A stretch of DNA of 64,000 bases from the IMG/VR virus record IMGVR_UViG_3300046170_000470; one strand, 5' to 3'. Every line of letters begins with the position of its first letter. Position 1 is the first letter of the stretch. This DNA is from a virus. Both the position numbers and the translations under genes were made by a program. This document shows positions 19,062-28,928 of this stretch, in pieces. The notes beneath the pieces are model-generated. The model was not told the origin of the DNA. It saw only the letters and a list, made by a program, of their open reading frames with translations, and did no database searches.

Positions 19062-19131
19062 TAAGTTTTATTAAAAAAGCGTGTCCTAGCGCAATATTAT
19101 TCGTATATTCACGTCTAAATAAATAAGTTAT

Positions 19132-19455
19132 ATGTCTGAAACAAAACGAAGGAAATCAATTCAAATTATTACTGATCCTCTACTAGAACCATTTTTTATT
19201 ACAAAAGATGAATACAGTTATACTGTAAAACAAAATGTAGTATCCGATGCATCCCATTTTAGAAGTAAAGGGAATGCAAAAACTTATGAAAAATCCTTAT
19301 ATTATTATCCTAATTTTGGAGATGCTGTATCAAAAATAGCTGAGTTAAAAGCTGGAGTTGATAATTATGATGATTTAAATAGTTTTATTAACAATTATAA
19401 AGAAATTAGTAACCAAATAAAAAATTATACAGATGGCCTTAGAAGCACTATTTGA
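19132..19455 (+). CDS. Hypothetical protein
   Basis: ORF downstream of TCGTATATTCA (19101). Confidence 0.65.
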   Translation: MSETKRRKSIQIITDPLLEPFFITKDEYSYTVKQNVVSDASHFRSKGNAKTYEKSLYYYPNFGDAVSKIAELKAGVDNYDDLNSFINNYKEISNQIKNYTDGLRSTI

Positions 19456-19801
19456 TGCAGTTATAGTTAAACCAATTGAAATCGAAGAAACAACTTATGG
19501 GAATATTATTGTTCCTGACGTTGGAAAAGAAAAAAATGAAACAGCAGAAATAATCTCAGTTGGTCCAGGTAAACCCACTATTACAGGGGAATTTATCCAT
19601 ACTAAACTAAAAGTAGGAGATAAAGTTGTTTTACCTACAATGGGTTTTACAAAACTCCCATATGATGGAGAAGAGTATTATGTGGGTCCAGAAAACCAAA
19701 TCCTCGCTAGAATTACTGAAACTATTGATGTTGCAGAAATATTAGAAGAAACTAAAGAATCATTAACCGAAGAAGAAATTAAAGATTTATCAAATGAGTA
19801 A
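19433..19801 (+). CDS. groES: Co-chaperonin GroES with acidic C-terminal extension
   Basis: ALFDAVIV, GNIIVPD, SVGPG, LKVGDKV. Confidence 0.9.
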   Translation: MALEALFDAVIVKPIEIEETTYGNIIVPDVGKEKNETAEIISVGPGKPTITGEFIHTKLKVGDKVVLPTMGFTKLPYDGEEYYVGPENQILARITETIDVAEILEETKESLTEEEIKDLSNE

Positions 19802-21416
19802 ACAAGTTATATTAGGTTCAAAAGCTAGAACCAATTTAGTAAAAGGAATTGATGTATTAGCGGATGCTGTAGTATCAACATTAGGACCAAATGGTCGAAA
19901 TGTAGTAATAGCAAATGAAATGGGAGCCCCACAATCAACTAAAGATGGAGTTACTGTTGCTAAATCAATTACATTAAAAGATCCTAATCAAGAGTTAGGA
20001 GTACAGTTAGTAAAACAAGCTGCAATTAAAACAGCAGAAAAAGCAGGAGATGGGACAACTACTTCTACTTTACTAGCTAGAGAAATGATTAAAGCGGGAT
20101 TAAATGCTTTAAATAATAATGAAAATGCAGTACAAATTAAAAGAGATATTGATACTACCGTTAAAGAAGTAGTAAATAATCTTAAAAATAATATTGCAGA
20201 AGATATTTCAGGTGAAGAACAATTAGAACAAATTGCAACAATTTCTGCTAATAATGATCCTGAAACTGGGAAGTTAATTGCTACCGCAATTGAAAAAGTT
20301 GGAATGGAAGGGGTTGTTCATATTGAGGAGTCTAAAACAGGTGAAACGTATTTAGAAACTGTTGAAGGGTTACAGTTTGATAGAGGGTATAAATCACCTT
20401 ATTTTGTTACTAATAATAACACAATGACTTCTACATTAGAAAACCCCTTAATTCTAATTGCTGACCAGAAATTGACCCAAGTAAAAGAGTTATTACCTAT
20501 TCTAGAAAGTGTATCTACTCAAGCCAGGTCACTTTTAATTATTGCTGAAGACATTGATAATGAAGCTTTAGCTACTCTTATTGTTAATAAAATGAGAGGT
20601 ACAATGAAAGTATGTGCTGTAAAGGCACCTGATTTTGGAGATAGACGTAAACTGGTCCTAGAAGATATTGCCATTACAACTGGAGGTGTAGTTTTTGATA
20701 AACAAAAAGGAATGAAACTAGATAAATTTAGTTGGGATTGGTTTGGTGAAGCTCGAACAATAACAATAGGAAAAGAACAAACAACAATTGTAGATGGAAA
20801 AGGAGGAATTGAACCAATTGAAGCACGTATTGAGGAGTTACAACAACAAGTCAGTAAAGCAACAACGGCGTTCGAAACAGAAAAACTTCAAGAACGACTC
20901 GCGAAATTCACAGGAGGAGTAGCGATTATTCATGTAGGTGGGAACACTGAAACTGAAATGAAAGAAAAAAAAGATAGAGTTGATGACGCATTACACGCAA
21001 CAAAAGCTGCTATCGAAGAAGGAATTGTACCTGGAGGAGGAACAGCATTATTATATGCATCTTCAGGTTTAGAAGCTAAAACAACAGGGGCTCAAATTGT
21101 AATTGAAGCATGTGCTAAACCATTTAACCAAATTTTAGTCAATGCTGGGTTTGATAAGGTTAAAGGACAAATATTAGCAGACCAGTTGGTAAATTCAGGT
21201 AATGATACTTGGGCAGGATATAATATTAAAACAGACGAAACAGTAGATATGAAAGAAGCTGGTATTATTGACCCAACTAAAGTGGCTAGAACAGCACTAC
21301 AAAATGCAGCATCAGTTGCAGGTACAGTATTACTTACAGAATGTACAGTAGTAAATGAACCAAGTGAAGATAACGATCAACCCCAAATGGATCCATCCAT
21401 GATGGGGATGATGTAA
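19794..21416 (+). CDS. groEL: Chaperonin GroEL
   Basis: TLGPNGRNV, TKDGVTVAK, GDGTTT, FDRGY, EEGIVPGGG, MMGMM tail. Confidence 0.97.
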   Translation: MSKQVILGSKARTNLVKGIDVLADAVVSTLGPNGRNVVIANEMGAPQSTKDGVTVAKSITLKDPNQELGVQLVKQAAIKTAEKAGDGTTTSTLLAREMIKAGLNALNNNENAVQIKRDIDTTVKEVVNNLKNNIAEDISGEEQLEQIATISANNDPETGKLIATAIEKVGMEGVVHIEESKTGETYLETVEGLQFDRGYKSPYFVTNNNTMTSTLENPLILIADQKLTQVKELLPILESVSTQARSLLIIAEDIDNEALATLIVNKMRGTMKVCAVKAPDFGDRRKLVLEDIAITTGGVVFDKQKGMKLDKFSWDWFGEARTITIGKEQTTIVDGKGGIEPIEARIEELQQQVSKATTAFETEKLQERLAKFTGGVAIIHVGGNTETEMKEKKDRVDDALHATKAAIEEGIVPGGGTALLYASSGLEAKTTGAQIVIEACAKPFNQILVNAGFDKVKGQILADQLVNSGNDTWAGYNIKTDETVDMKEAGIIDPTKVARTALQNAASVAGTVLLTECTVVNEPSEDNDQPQMDPSMMGMM

Positions 21417-21447
21417 TAATTAATAATTAATAAATAAAAAGTAAAAA

Positions 21448-21615
21448 ATGACAAAAAATGAAATCTTTGAGATTATTGAAACAAATTTCAATATCTTAGC
21501 AGCGGAAAATGATGGAACTACAAAAGCAAGTCAAGCACGAGCTAGAAAAGCAGCACAAGCTATTAAAAGAGTAATCACAGATTATAAAAAAGCATCTGTG
21601 GCTGAGTCCAAATAA
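21448..21615 (+). CDS. Histone H1-like Hc1-family protein, 55 aa (not in ORF track)
   Basis: MTKNEIFEIIETNFNILAAENDGTTKASQARARKAAQAIKRVITDYKKASVAESK. Confidence 0.7.
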   Translation: MTKNEIFEIIETNFNILAAENDGTTKASQARARKAAQAIKRVITDYKKASVAESK

Positions 21616-21632
21616 TTTCGTATATTACCACA

Positions 21633-21899
21633 ATGAAAACAGAATTAATTGAAGGTAAAGTGTTAATTGCTAATAGAAAGCCACCTGGGGACAGGTGGCA
21701 ATTAGCTGATGAACCAGAAGGGAGAATTTATAAAAGTATAACTGACACCCTAGAAGCGTATATGCATAAAACAGGATTTAAAGGTCATTATAGATTAGAA
21801 CCTTTAAATAGTAAATTGTATATTATAGAACAACAAGAAATAGAAATCAAACCAGAACCAATTAAAACATATAATATATATGGGGAGTTCGGAGAATAG
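21633..21899 (+). CDS. Hypothetical protein
   Basis: ORF after TCGTATATTAC (21618). Confidence 0.65.
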   Translation: MKTELIEGKVLIANRKPPGDRWQLADEPEGRIYKSITDTLEAYMHKTGFKGHYRLEPLNSKLYIIEQQEIEIKPEPIKTYNIYGEFGE

Positions 21900-22806
21900 C
21901 CTATTAGTAGAAAAATATAGACCATCCAAGTTAGAAAACTATGTTGGAAATGAAAATATTAAAAAATCAATATCTAAGTATTTAGAACAGAATGATATTT
22001 TAAATTTAATATTTTATGGACCCGCTGGTACAGGAAAAACTACTTTGGCAAAACTTTGTGTTCAAAATCTTGATTGCGATCATCTTTATATTAATGCCTC
22101 TGATGAACGAGGGATTGAAACGATTCGTGATAAAGTACAAAGCTTTGCAAGCGTTGCTTCTTTTAAACCACTTAAAGTGGTTATTTTGGATGAAGCTGAT
22201 TTTCTTACTATACAGGCTCAAGCTTCGCTCCGTAATATTATTGAAACTTTCTCACGTACGACAAGGTTTATCATGACCTGTAATTTTGTAGAGCGTATTA
22301 TTGATCCTCTACAATCTAGATGTCAAGTACTTAAAATTGTACCTCCAACTAAAAAAGATGTTGCTAAACATTTACATTGGATTTGTAATCAAGAATCAAT
22401 TTCACATGATATAAATGATTTAGTACCTTTAGTTAACCAATATTATCCTGATTTACGTAAGTGTATTAACACTATACAATTATCAACTTTAGATGGTGGG
22501 GCAAATGATTTCTATCTTAGCTTAGACCAATCAGTATTAGTATCATCAAATTATATGGATAAAATTATTACTGAATTAAAAGGTAAAGCTGATTTTAAAA
22601 CGATTCGTCAAATTATAGCTGATGCTAATGTAGATGACTTTGATGAATTATTTAAAGTATTATACGAACGTGCATCTGAATACTTATCAGGTAAAGAGGG
22701 TACAGCATCTATTTTAATAAATGAACATCAATATAAAGCTAATTTCCGAATCGACAAGGAAATAAATACAATGTCGTTAATCCAAAACTTAATAAATAAT
22801 AAATAA
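21880..22806 (+). CDS. Clamp loader AAA+ subunit (RFC-small/T4 gp44-like)
   Basis: VEKYRP, GPAGTGKT, INASDERG, LDEAD, PLQSRC. Confidence 0.95.
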   Translation: MGSSENSLLVEKYRPSKLENYVGNENIKKSISKYLEQNDILNLIFYGPAGTGKTTLAKLCVQNLDCDHLYINASDERGIETIRDKVQSFASVASFKPLKVVILDEADFLTIQAQASLRNIIETFSRTTRFIMTCNFVERIIDPLQSRCQVLKIVPPTKKDVAKHLHWICNQESISHDINDLVPLVNQYYPDLRKCINTIQLSTLDGGANDFYLSLDQSVLVSSNYMDKIITELKGKADFKTIRQIIADANVDDFDELFKVLYERASEYLSGKEGTASILINEHQYKANFRIDKEINTMSLIQNLINNK

Positions 22807-22808
22807 TT

Positions 22809-23051
22809 ATGCAACAACAACAACAACCCCCTCAAATTGATTTAAAAAATACTACTGAGGTAAAAAACTTTAACGGGGGATCAATTTTTCAACAAGGGGT
22901 TATTTTACGTAAAGTATCTCGTTTTGTAGCAGGAACAGATGAAGATGCACTTATGCCTATACCAGTATTTTATGATCCAGAAACCAATAAAATTTTAACT
23001 GATTCGGTTCCTAAAGATTTAAGGGAAGAAATGAAAGATGAGCTTTGCTAA
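22809..23051 (+). CDS. Hypothetical protein
   Basis: LRKVSRF...PIPVFYD. Confidence 0.65.
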   Translation: MQQQQQPPQIDLKNTTEVKNFNGGSIFQQGVILRKVSRFVAGTDEDALMPIPVFYDPETNKILTDSVPKDLREEMKDELC

Positions 23052-23465
23052 ATGAAGAATATCTTTGATTGGTTAAAATGTATTAATACTACTAAACCTC
23101 CTGTCGAGTCATTTTCTGATAAAGATTGGGAGGTTTGGAATAGTTATATGATCCACAGATTTATTTCAATGAACCCCGATTATTTAGAGATAGTAAATTA
23201 TGTACAAGATTTTCCTCCACAAGAAAAGAGAATGATATATTCTATTTATAAAGAATTTATCCCTAAAAATAATAAATGGAGTAAGTATATTAAATCTAAG
23301 ATAAAACAACCTAATAAGGACTTAATAGACCATATCAAAAATTATTTCGAATGTTCTTCTAAAGAAGCAAAAGAATATATAAATATATTGGATACCCCAG
23401 AAATAAATCGTATATTAACGAATAGAGGGTTAGATAAAAAAGAAATAAAACCATTATTAAAATGA
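23052..23465 (+). CDS. Clamp loader small subunit (T4 gp62-like)
   Basis: IFDWL, YMIHRFISM, IKNYFECSSKEAKEYI. Confidence 0.75.
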   Translation: MKNIFDWLKCINTTKPPVESFSDKDWEVWNSYMIHRFISMNPDYLEIVNYVQDFPPQEKRMIYSIYKEFIPKNNKWSKYIKSKIKQPNKDLIDHIKNYFECSSKEAKEYINILDTPEINRILTNRGLDKKEIKPLLK

Positions 23466-23692
23466 CAAAAGAATTATATACCATGTTAAAAACATCTGCT
23501 GAAGCAGATAAAGCTAAAGCATTATTGTCACTTGAATTATTAGGAAATAAAGCAGTAGGTATTGGAGATCATTCAACCGAAGATTTTTATAAAAATGCTG
23601 AAGAAGCACTTATAAATCTAGTTGATGCCGATGATAGACTTGCAGTATTAAATATATATTTTTCAGACAGTAAAGACCAAATTAATGGGTGA
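23462..23692 (+). CDS. Hypothetical protein
   Basis: AVGIGDHS. Confidence 0.6.
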   Translation: MTKELYTMLKTSAEADKAKALLSLELLGNKAVGIGDHSTEDFYKNAEEALINLVDADDRLAVLNIYFSDSKDQING

Positions 23693-24101
23693 TACAATAA
23701 CTAAATACCACGAAATAATGAGTGATAGAGAAATTATGAATGCCAAAAGAGGTGTTTCAGCAAAATTAGGTGTACAAGTATTCGAAAAAGAGTATCCCGA
23801 ATTATCTAAGGAGTTTAAAAAAATTCAAAAAGAAATGTATGAAATGTTTGCTCGTAAACATATGGATTATGGTTTAAACAACATTGCTTTAGGTGGAGAT
23901 ATTGTTAATAATAGCGATGATAAACAATTCTCACTAACTGGGTTATGTATTAGGTTAACTGATAAAATATCACGTTTAAAGAATTTATTGGTCAATGGTA
24001 GATCATTTGTTGAAGGCGAAGGTATGCAAGATACATTTATTGATATTGCTAATTATGGCATCATTGGGCTCTTAGTTGGCCGTAACAAATGGAAAAAATA
24101 G
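23685..24101 (+). CDS. DUF1599 / nucleotide-modification-associated domain protein
   Basis: RKHMDYG, IRLTDKISRL, DTFIDIANYG. Confidence 0.8.
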   Translation: MGDTITKYHEIMSDREIMNAKRGVSAKLGVQVFEKEYPELSKEFKKIQKEMYEMFARKHMDYGLNNIALGGDIVNNSDDKQFSLTGLCIRLTDKISRLKNLLVNGRSFVEGEGMQDTFIDIANYGIIGLLVGRNKWKK

Positions 24102-24102
24102 T

Positions 24103-25075
24103 TTGGCTAAAAAAATCCCAAAGATCATAAAGGAGATTAGAAATAATCCTCCAACACCCGTTAATTATGCATATCAAAAGAATATATCATATTCCCAGAT
24201 GTCTATATTTAGAGGATGCCCCCATAGGTGGAAATTACAGTATAAGGATAAAATTAAACGTTTTACTTCTTCAATTCATACTGTATTTGGGACGGCCATT
24301 CATGAAGTTATGCAACATTATTTAGATGTAGCATATGACAAATCCTTTGCTGTAGCAGATAGGGAAATTGATATGGAAGAATTTTTCCAAGAAAAATTTA
24401 TAGGTGAATATCGAAATCAATACAAGAAAAACAAAGATCAACATTTTTCCTCAGCTGAAGAAATGAGGGAATTTTTTGATGATGGAATGGGTATTTTAAA
24501 TTGGTTTAAGAAAAAGAGATCCAGGTACTTCTCTAAACGTGGTTGGCACTTAGTTGGTTGCGAAATACCATTAGTAATTGCGCCAAATAAAATGTATAAC
24601 AATATATTATACGCAGGTTTTTTAGATGTTGTTATGTACCATGAGGAAACAGAGACATTTAAAATAATCGATATTAAAACAAGCACTCGTGGATGGAGGG
24701 ATCAGGATAAAAAAAATGAAGATAAACAATATCAATTACTTTTATATAAACAATATTTCTCAGAACAGTATGGGATACCTTTAGATAAAATTGAAATTGA
24801 ATTTTTTATTGTTAAAAGAAAAGTAATGGATTGGGATGATGAAAAAATAATGTCACCCCCATCAAGCATATAGGGTACAGCAATTTAGCCCACCAAGTGG
24901 TAAAATTAAATTAGGACGAGCTAAAAAAGCTATAAATAATTTTGTAAATGAATGTTTTAATTCTAATGGAGATATAAAAGATATAGAATATCCCAAATCC
25001 CCAAGTAAATGGAATTGTAACTTTTGTCCCTATAAAGAAGATAAAGAAAATTGTGGAGAAGGTATAATCTACTAA
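24103..25075 (+). CDS. Cas4/AddB-like PD-(D/E)XK exonuclease with Fe-S Cys; +1 frameshift at C-run 24856-24860
   Basis: SYSQ..CP, GTAIH, GFLDVV..IIDIKTS, QLLLY; the repaired frame ends WNCNFCPYKEDKENC. Confidence 0.85.
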
Positions 25076-25120
25076 TTTTCGTATATATGTATACCTAAAT
25101 AATGTTATAAAATAAAGATT

Positions 25121-25309
25121 ATGAGCGCAAAAAAAGATATGACACTAACGAGTGTTAAAGTCAAAAGCGATTTATTCGAGAATTTTAAAATTGAATGTGT
25201 AAAACGTAAATTTTCCTTCCAAAAACTTGCCGATCGAGCTTTGTTTTTGTATCTTACAGATGAAGATTTTCGTAAATCAATTACTAATCAAACTAATCTC
25301 GAATTATAA
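25121..25309 (+). CDS. Small DNA-binding protein (ribbon-helix-helix-like)
   Basis: LTSVKV..LFENFK...SFQKLADRAL. Confidence 0.55.
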   Translation: MSAKKDMTLTSVKVKSDLFENFKIECVKRKFSFQKLADRALFLYLTDEDFRKSITNQTNLEL

Positions 25310-25321
25310 ATCCAAAAACCA

Positions 25322-26761
25322 ATGAATAAAAGTTTTGAACACCTTCCTAAAGATAAAAGGAAGAAAATATTATTAATTTGTGATGATATTAGAGTACATT
25401 CTGGGGTAGCTACAGTAGCTAAAGAAATTGTTATCCACACAGCTCATCATTTTAATTGGGTACAAATGGCTGGTGCTATTAAACACCCAGATTTAGGGAA
25501 ACAAATTGATTTAAGCCAATCTATTAATCAAACTATAGGAATAAATGATAGTTCTGTTACTTTATATCCTAATAATGGATATGGAGACCCTACTAAACTT
25601 AGAAACCATATAGCTAAAGAAAAACCAGATGCTATAATGTTAATCACTGATCCAAGATATTTTAGTTGGGTATTTAATATGGAGGCAGAAATTAGAAAAA
25701 AAATTCCAATTACATATTTAAATATTTGGGATGACTATCCAGCCCCAATGTATAATAAAGCATACTATGAAGCATGTGATTTACTAATGGGTATTTCTAA
25801 ACAAACTGTTAATATTAATAAGATAGTTTTAGGTGATAAAGCTAAAGATAGAATTCTTAGATATGTCCCTCATGGTTTGAACCCAGATATTTATAAACCT
25901 ATTTCTGATGATGATATAGAGCTAAATAAATTTAAAAAGAATTTCTTTAATAATGATATCCCGGAGTTTGTAGCTTTCTTTAATTCTAGAAATATTAGAA
26001 GAAAACAAATCCCAGATACAATGATGGCCTTCAGAGTATTTTTAGATGGGTTAGATAAAGAAAAAGCAGATAAATGTAAATTAGTTTTACACACTGAAGG
26101 AGTTACAGATGCAGGTACAGATTTATATAAAGTAGCTGAATATATATTTAGTGAAAATTATCCTAATGCAGTCCATTTTTCACATAAAAAATTATCCCAA
26201 CAAGAATTAAATTGGTTATATAACATAGCGGATGTTCAAATTCTTATTACTTCAAATGAAGGTTGGGGGTTAACCATCACAGAAGCAATATTAGCGGGGA
26301 CACCTATTATAGCTAATACTACAGGTGGGATGCAAGACCAAATGAGATTTATTGATGAGAATGGAGAGTGGTTTTCACCAAGCCCAGAAGTACCTTCTAA
26401 CCATAGAGGTACCTATAAGGAACATGGTGAGTGGGCATTCCCCGTTTACCCTACTTCAAGATCAATACAAGGTTCTCCACCAACCCCTTATATCTATGAT
26501 GATAGATGTGCCTGGGAAGATGTAACTGAAAGATTATTTGAAGTTTATAATTTAGGTAGAAAAAAAATGAAAAAAGCAGGCCTTAAAGGTAGAGAATGGG
26601 CTATATCTAATGAAGCAGGATTTACTGTTAAACATCAAGCTAATAGAGTAATGGAAGCTTTTACTGAGTTATTTGAAACTTGGGAACCCAGAGAAAAATA
26701 TGAAATTGTAAACGCTACTAAATATAAAGGTAATTTTCTAAAACATAAAATTATATATTAA
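25322..26761 (+). CDS. Glycosyltransferase, GT4/GT-B
   Basis: RNIRRK, SNEGWGLTITEA..GTPII. Confidence 0.9.
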   Translation: MNKSFEHLPKDKRKKILLICDDIRVHSGVATVAKEIVIHTAHHFNWVQMAGAIKHPDLGKQIDLSQSINQTIGINDSSVTLYPNNGYGDPTKLRNHIAKEKPDAIMLITDPRYFSWVFNMEAEIRKKIPITYLNIWDDYPAPMYNKAYYEACDLLMGISKQTVNINKIVLGDKAKDRILRYVPHGLNPDIYKPISDDDIELNKFKKNFFNNDIPEFVAFFNSRNIRRKQIPDTMMAFRVFLDGLDKEKADKCKLVLHTEGVTDAGTDLYKVAEYIFSENYPNAVHFSHKKLSQQELNWLYNIADVQILITSNEGWGLTITEAILAGTPIIANTTGGMQDQMRFIDENGEWFSPSPEVPSNHRGTYKEHGEWAFPVYPTSRSIQGSPPTPYIYDDRCAWEDVTERLFEVYNLGRKKMKKAGLKGREWAISNEAGFTVKHQANRVMEAFTELFETWEPREKYEIVNATKYKGNFLKHKIIY

Positions 26762-28039
26762 ATGAATAAACCAGTTTTTATAATCAGTTGTCCCTTTGAT
26801 ACTTATTCCGGTTATGGGGCTAGATCTAGAGATTTAGTTAAAGCCATAATTGAATTAGATGAATATACTGTAAAACTTATACCACAAAGGTGGGGTAATA
26901 CCTCTTGGAATTTTTGTAAAGACCACCCTGAATGGACTTACTTATTAGACTATTCAATTACCCAAATAACTGCCCAACCTGATATTTGGATGCAGATTAC
27001 AATCCCAAATGAATTTCAATCCATAGGAAAATATAACATAGGATGTACTGCTGGAATTGAAGCAACTGCTTGTAAGCAAGAATGGATTGAAGGTCTAAAC
27101 AGGATGGATATAAATTGGGTTTCCTCTAACTTTGCTAAAGGAATGTTTGAAAGCATCAGATATGAAAAAAAAGACCAGAAAACCAACCAAACTACTCATA
27201 TTATTAAATTGGAAAAACCAATAGAAGTGGTATGTGAGGGGGCTAACTTAGATATATATAAACCTATTACTCTTAAAGATATCAAAACCTTTAATCTTAC
27301 AGAAATCCCAGAATCATTTTGTTATTTGAGTGTAGGGCATTGGATACAAGGAGATTTTGGTCATGACAGAAAAAACTTGGGGGTTTTGATAAAATCTTTT
27401 TATGAAACTTTTAAAGGATCTCTAAGTAAAAACAAACCTGCCCTAATATTAAAAGTATCTCAGGGGGTAGCTTCATATATGAGTAGGGAAGCAGTTTTGG
27501 ATAAAATTAATGCTATTAAGAAAACAGTTAATTCAAACTCTTTACCCAATGTATATTTAATAAATGGTGAATTTACAGATTCAGAAATGAATGAATTGTA
27601 TAATCACCCTAAAGTTAAAGCTATGGTTAGTTTAACTAAAGGTGAAGGATATGGTAGACCTTTATTAGAATTTAGTTTAACAGGTAAACCTATTATAGCT
27701 TCAGGCTGGTCTGGCCATTTAGACTTTTTAAAACCTAATATGAGTACTTTATTAGGGGGTACTTTAGAAAACATACATCCCACTGCTGCTAATAATTGGT
27801 TAATCCAAGATGCTCAGTGGTTTAAAGTTGATGAAATAAGTGTAAATAAACATTTAAAAGATTGCTTTAAAAAGTATAAACAATATATTTTAAAATCTAA
27901 GCAACAAAAGAATTATAGTAAAACACAATTTAGTTATGAGCAAATGAAAAATAAAATTAGTAATATTTTAACTGATTATGTCTCTCTTCCACCTCAACAG
28001 ATAGAAATAACTTTACCTAAACTTCAAAAAATAGAATAA
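26762..28039 (+). CDS. Glycosyltransferase, GT4/GT-B
   Basis: SGYG, DRKN, KGEGYGRPLLE..GKPII. Confidence 0.9.
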   Translation: MNKPVFIISCPFDTYSGYGARSRDLVKAIIELDEYTVKLIPQRWGNTSWNFCKDHPEWTYLLDYSITQITAQPDIWMQITIPNEFQSIGKYNIGCTAGIEATACKQEWIEGLNRMDINWVSSNFAKGMFESIRYEKKDQKTNQTTHIIKLEKPIEVVCEGANLDIYKPITLKDIKTFNLTEIPESFCYLSVGHWIQGDFGHDRKNLGVLIKSFYETFKGSLSKNKPALILKVSQGVASYMSREAVLDKINAIKKTVNSNSLPNVYLINGEFTDSEMNELYNHPKVKAMVSLTKGEGYGRPLLEFSLTGKPIIASGWSGHLDFLKPNMSTLLGGTLENIHPTAANNWLIQDAQWFKVDEISVNKHLKDCFKKYKQYILKSKQQKNYSKTQFSYEQMKNKISNILTDYVSLPPQQIEITLPKLQKIE

Positions 28040-28479
28040 TGAATTTTGATGAACTAAAAGAATGCTCCCGATGTGGGTCTGATGCTTGTTATAAACAAGA
28101 AGTAACAAAAGATATATCTATCGAGTTATGTTATGGTTGTGGGTTTCAATCTAATTCTATTATGACTAAAGGTTCAGAGTTTTTTACTGAACAATGGGAG
28201 ATACTGCCTGAAATATATAAAGTATTAATGGATGAAGAAGAAGATACTGGGAAAATTTGGATGCCTACTACTATAAATGTCGAAGATAAAGGGATGGTAT
28301 TTGCCAAAGGTCATTCTAGATTAAAATGGGAATGGGCAGCTGTAAAATCATTTCCTATTAAAGAAGAAGAAAAAGAAAAGTATCAAAATAAAAAGTTTAA
28401 GACTGATATGTCCACTATAAAATATTTTAAAGAACGTGATTTTATGGATGCTCTTTCTTATATTAACATAATACCATGA
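28039..28479 (+). CDS. Zn-ribbon hypothetical protein
   Basis: CSRC...CYGC. Confidence 0.65.
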   Translation: MNFDELKECSRCGSDACYKQEVTKDISIELCYGCGFQSNSIMTKGSEFFTEQWEILPEIYKVLMDEEEDTGKIWMPTTINVEDKGMVFAKGHSRLKWEWAAVKSFPIKEEEKEKYQNKKFKTDMSTIKYFKERDFMDALSYINIIP

Positions 28480-28916
28480 AAGGATTAGGAGACTTAATTG
28501 AGAAAATAATTACAATTATAACCTTTGGCCAAGGAAAAAGAATAGCTACTTACATAGCTAAATTAAGAGGTAAAAAAGATTGTGGTTGTGACAAAAGGCA
28601 GGAATATCTAAATAAAAAAATAAGTTTTAAAATGGAAGAACAAAAAAATATTAAATTAGATTGGACTAAAAGTTGGCCTCATATTAGAGGACAAGTTTCA
28701 TGTTCATGTCAGTTTGATTATGGGTATATTGAAGTAAAAGATAAAAAAGATAATTTTATAACTGAAACTAAATTCACTAATCCACCTAGATTAAGTGGTC
28801 AATTAACAACCATAGAATTAAAGATCCCTAATATCTCCACACCAAGCTATTTTAATATTAGATTCCATAAATTAGAAGGGGGTTTTACCCAAGATATAAA
28901 AGTAAATATTAACTAA
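28476..28916 (+). CDS. Hypothetical protein
   Basis: GLGD..EK...DCGCDKRQEYLN. Confidence 0.6.
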   Translation: MKGLGDLIEKIITIITFGQGKRIATYIAKLRGKKDCGCDKRQEYLNKKISFKMEEQKNIKLDWTKSWPHIRGQVSCSCQFDYGYIEVKDKKDNFITETKFTNPPRLSGQLTTIELKIPNISTPSYFNIRFHKLEGGFTQDIKVNIN

Positions 28917-28928
28917 AACTTAAATATT

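Noticed and set aside
18550-19110. CIRCE operator or ROSE thermometer at hsp20/groESL
   Set aside because: No TTAGCACTC-N9-GAGTGCTAA and no SD-pairing ROSE motif; the structure found is reported separately
24103-25075. Cas4-like nuclease as evidence of a CRISPR system
   Set aside because: No repeat-spacer array or other cas genes seen; solo Cas4-like exonucleases are common in phage replication regions
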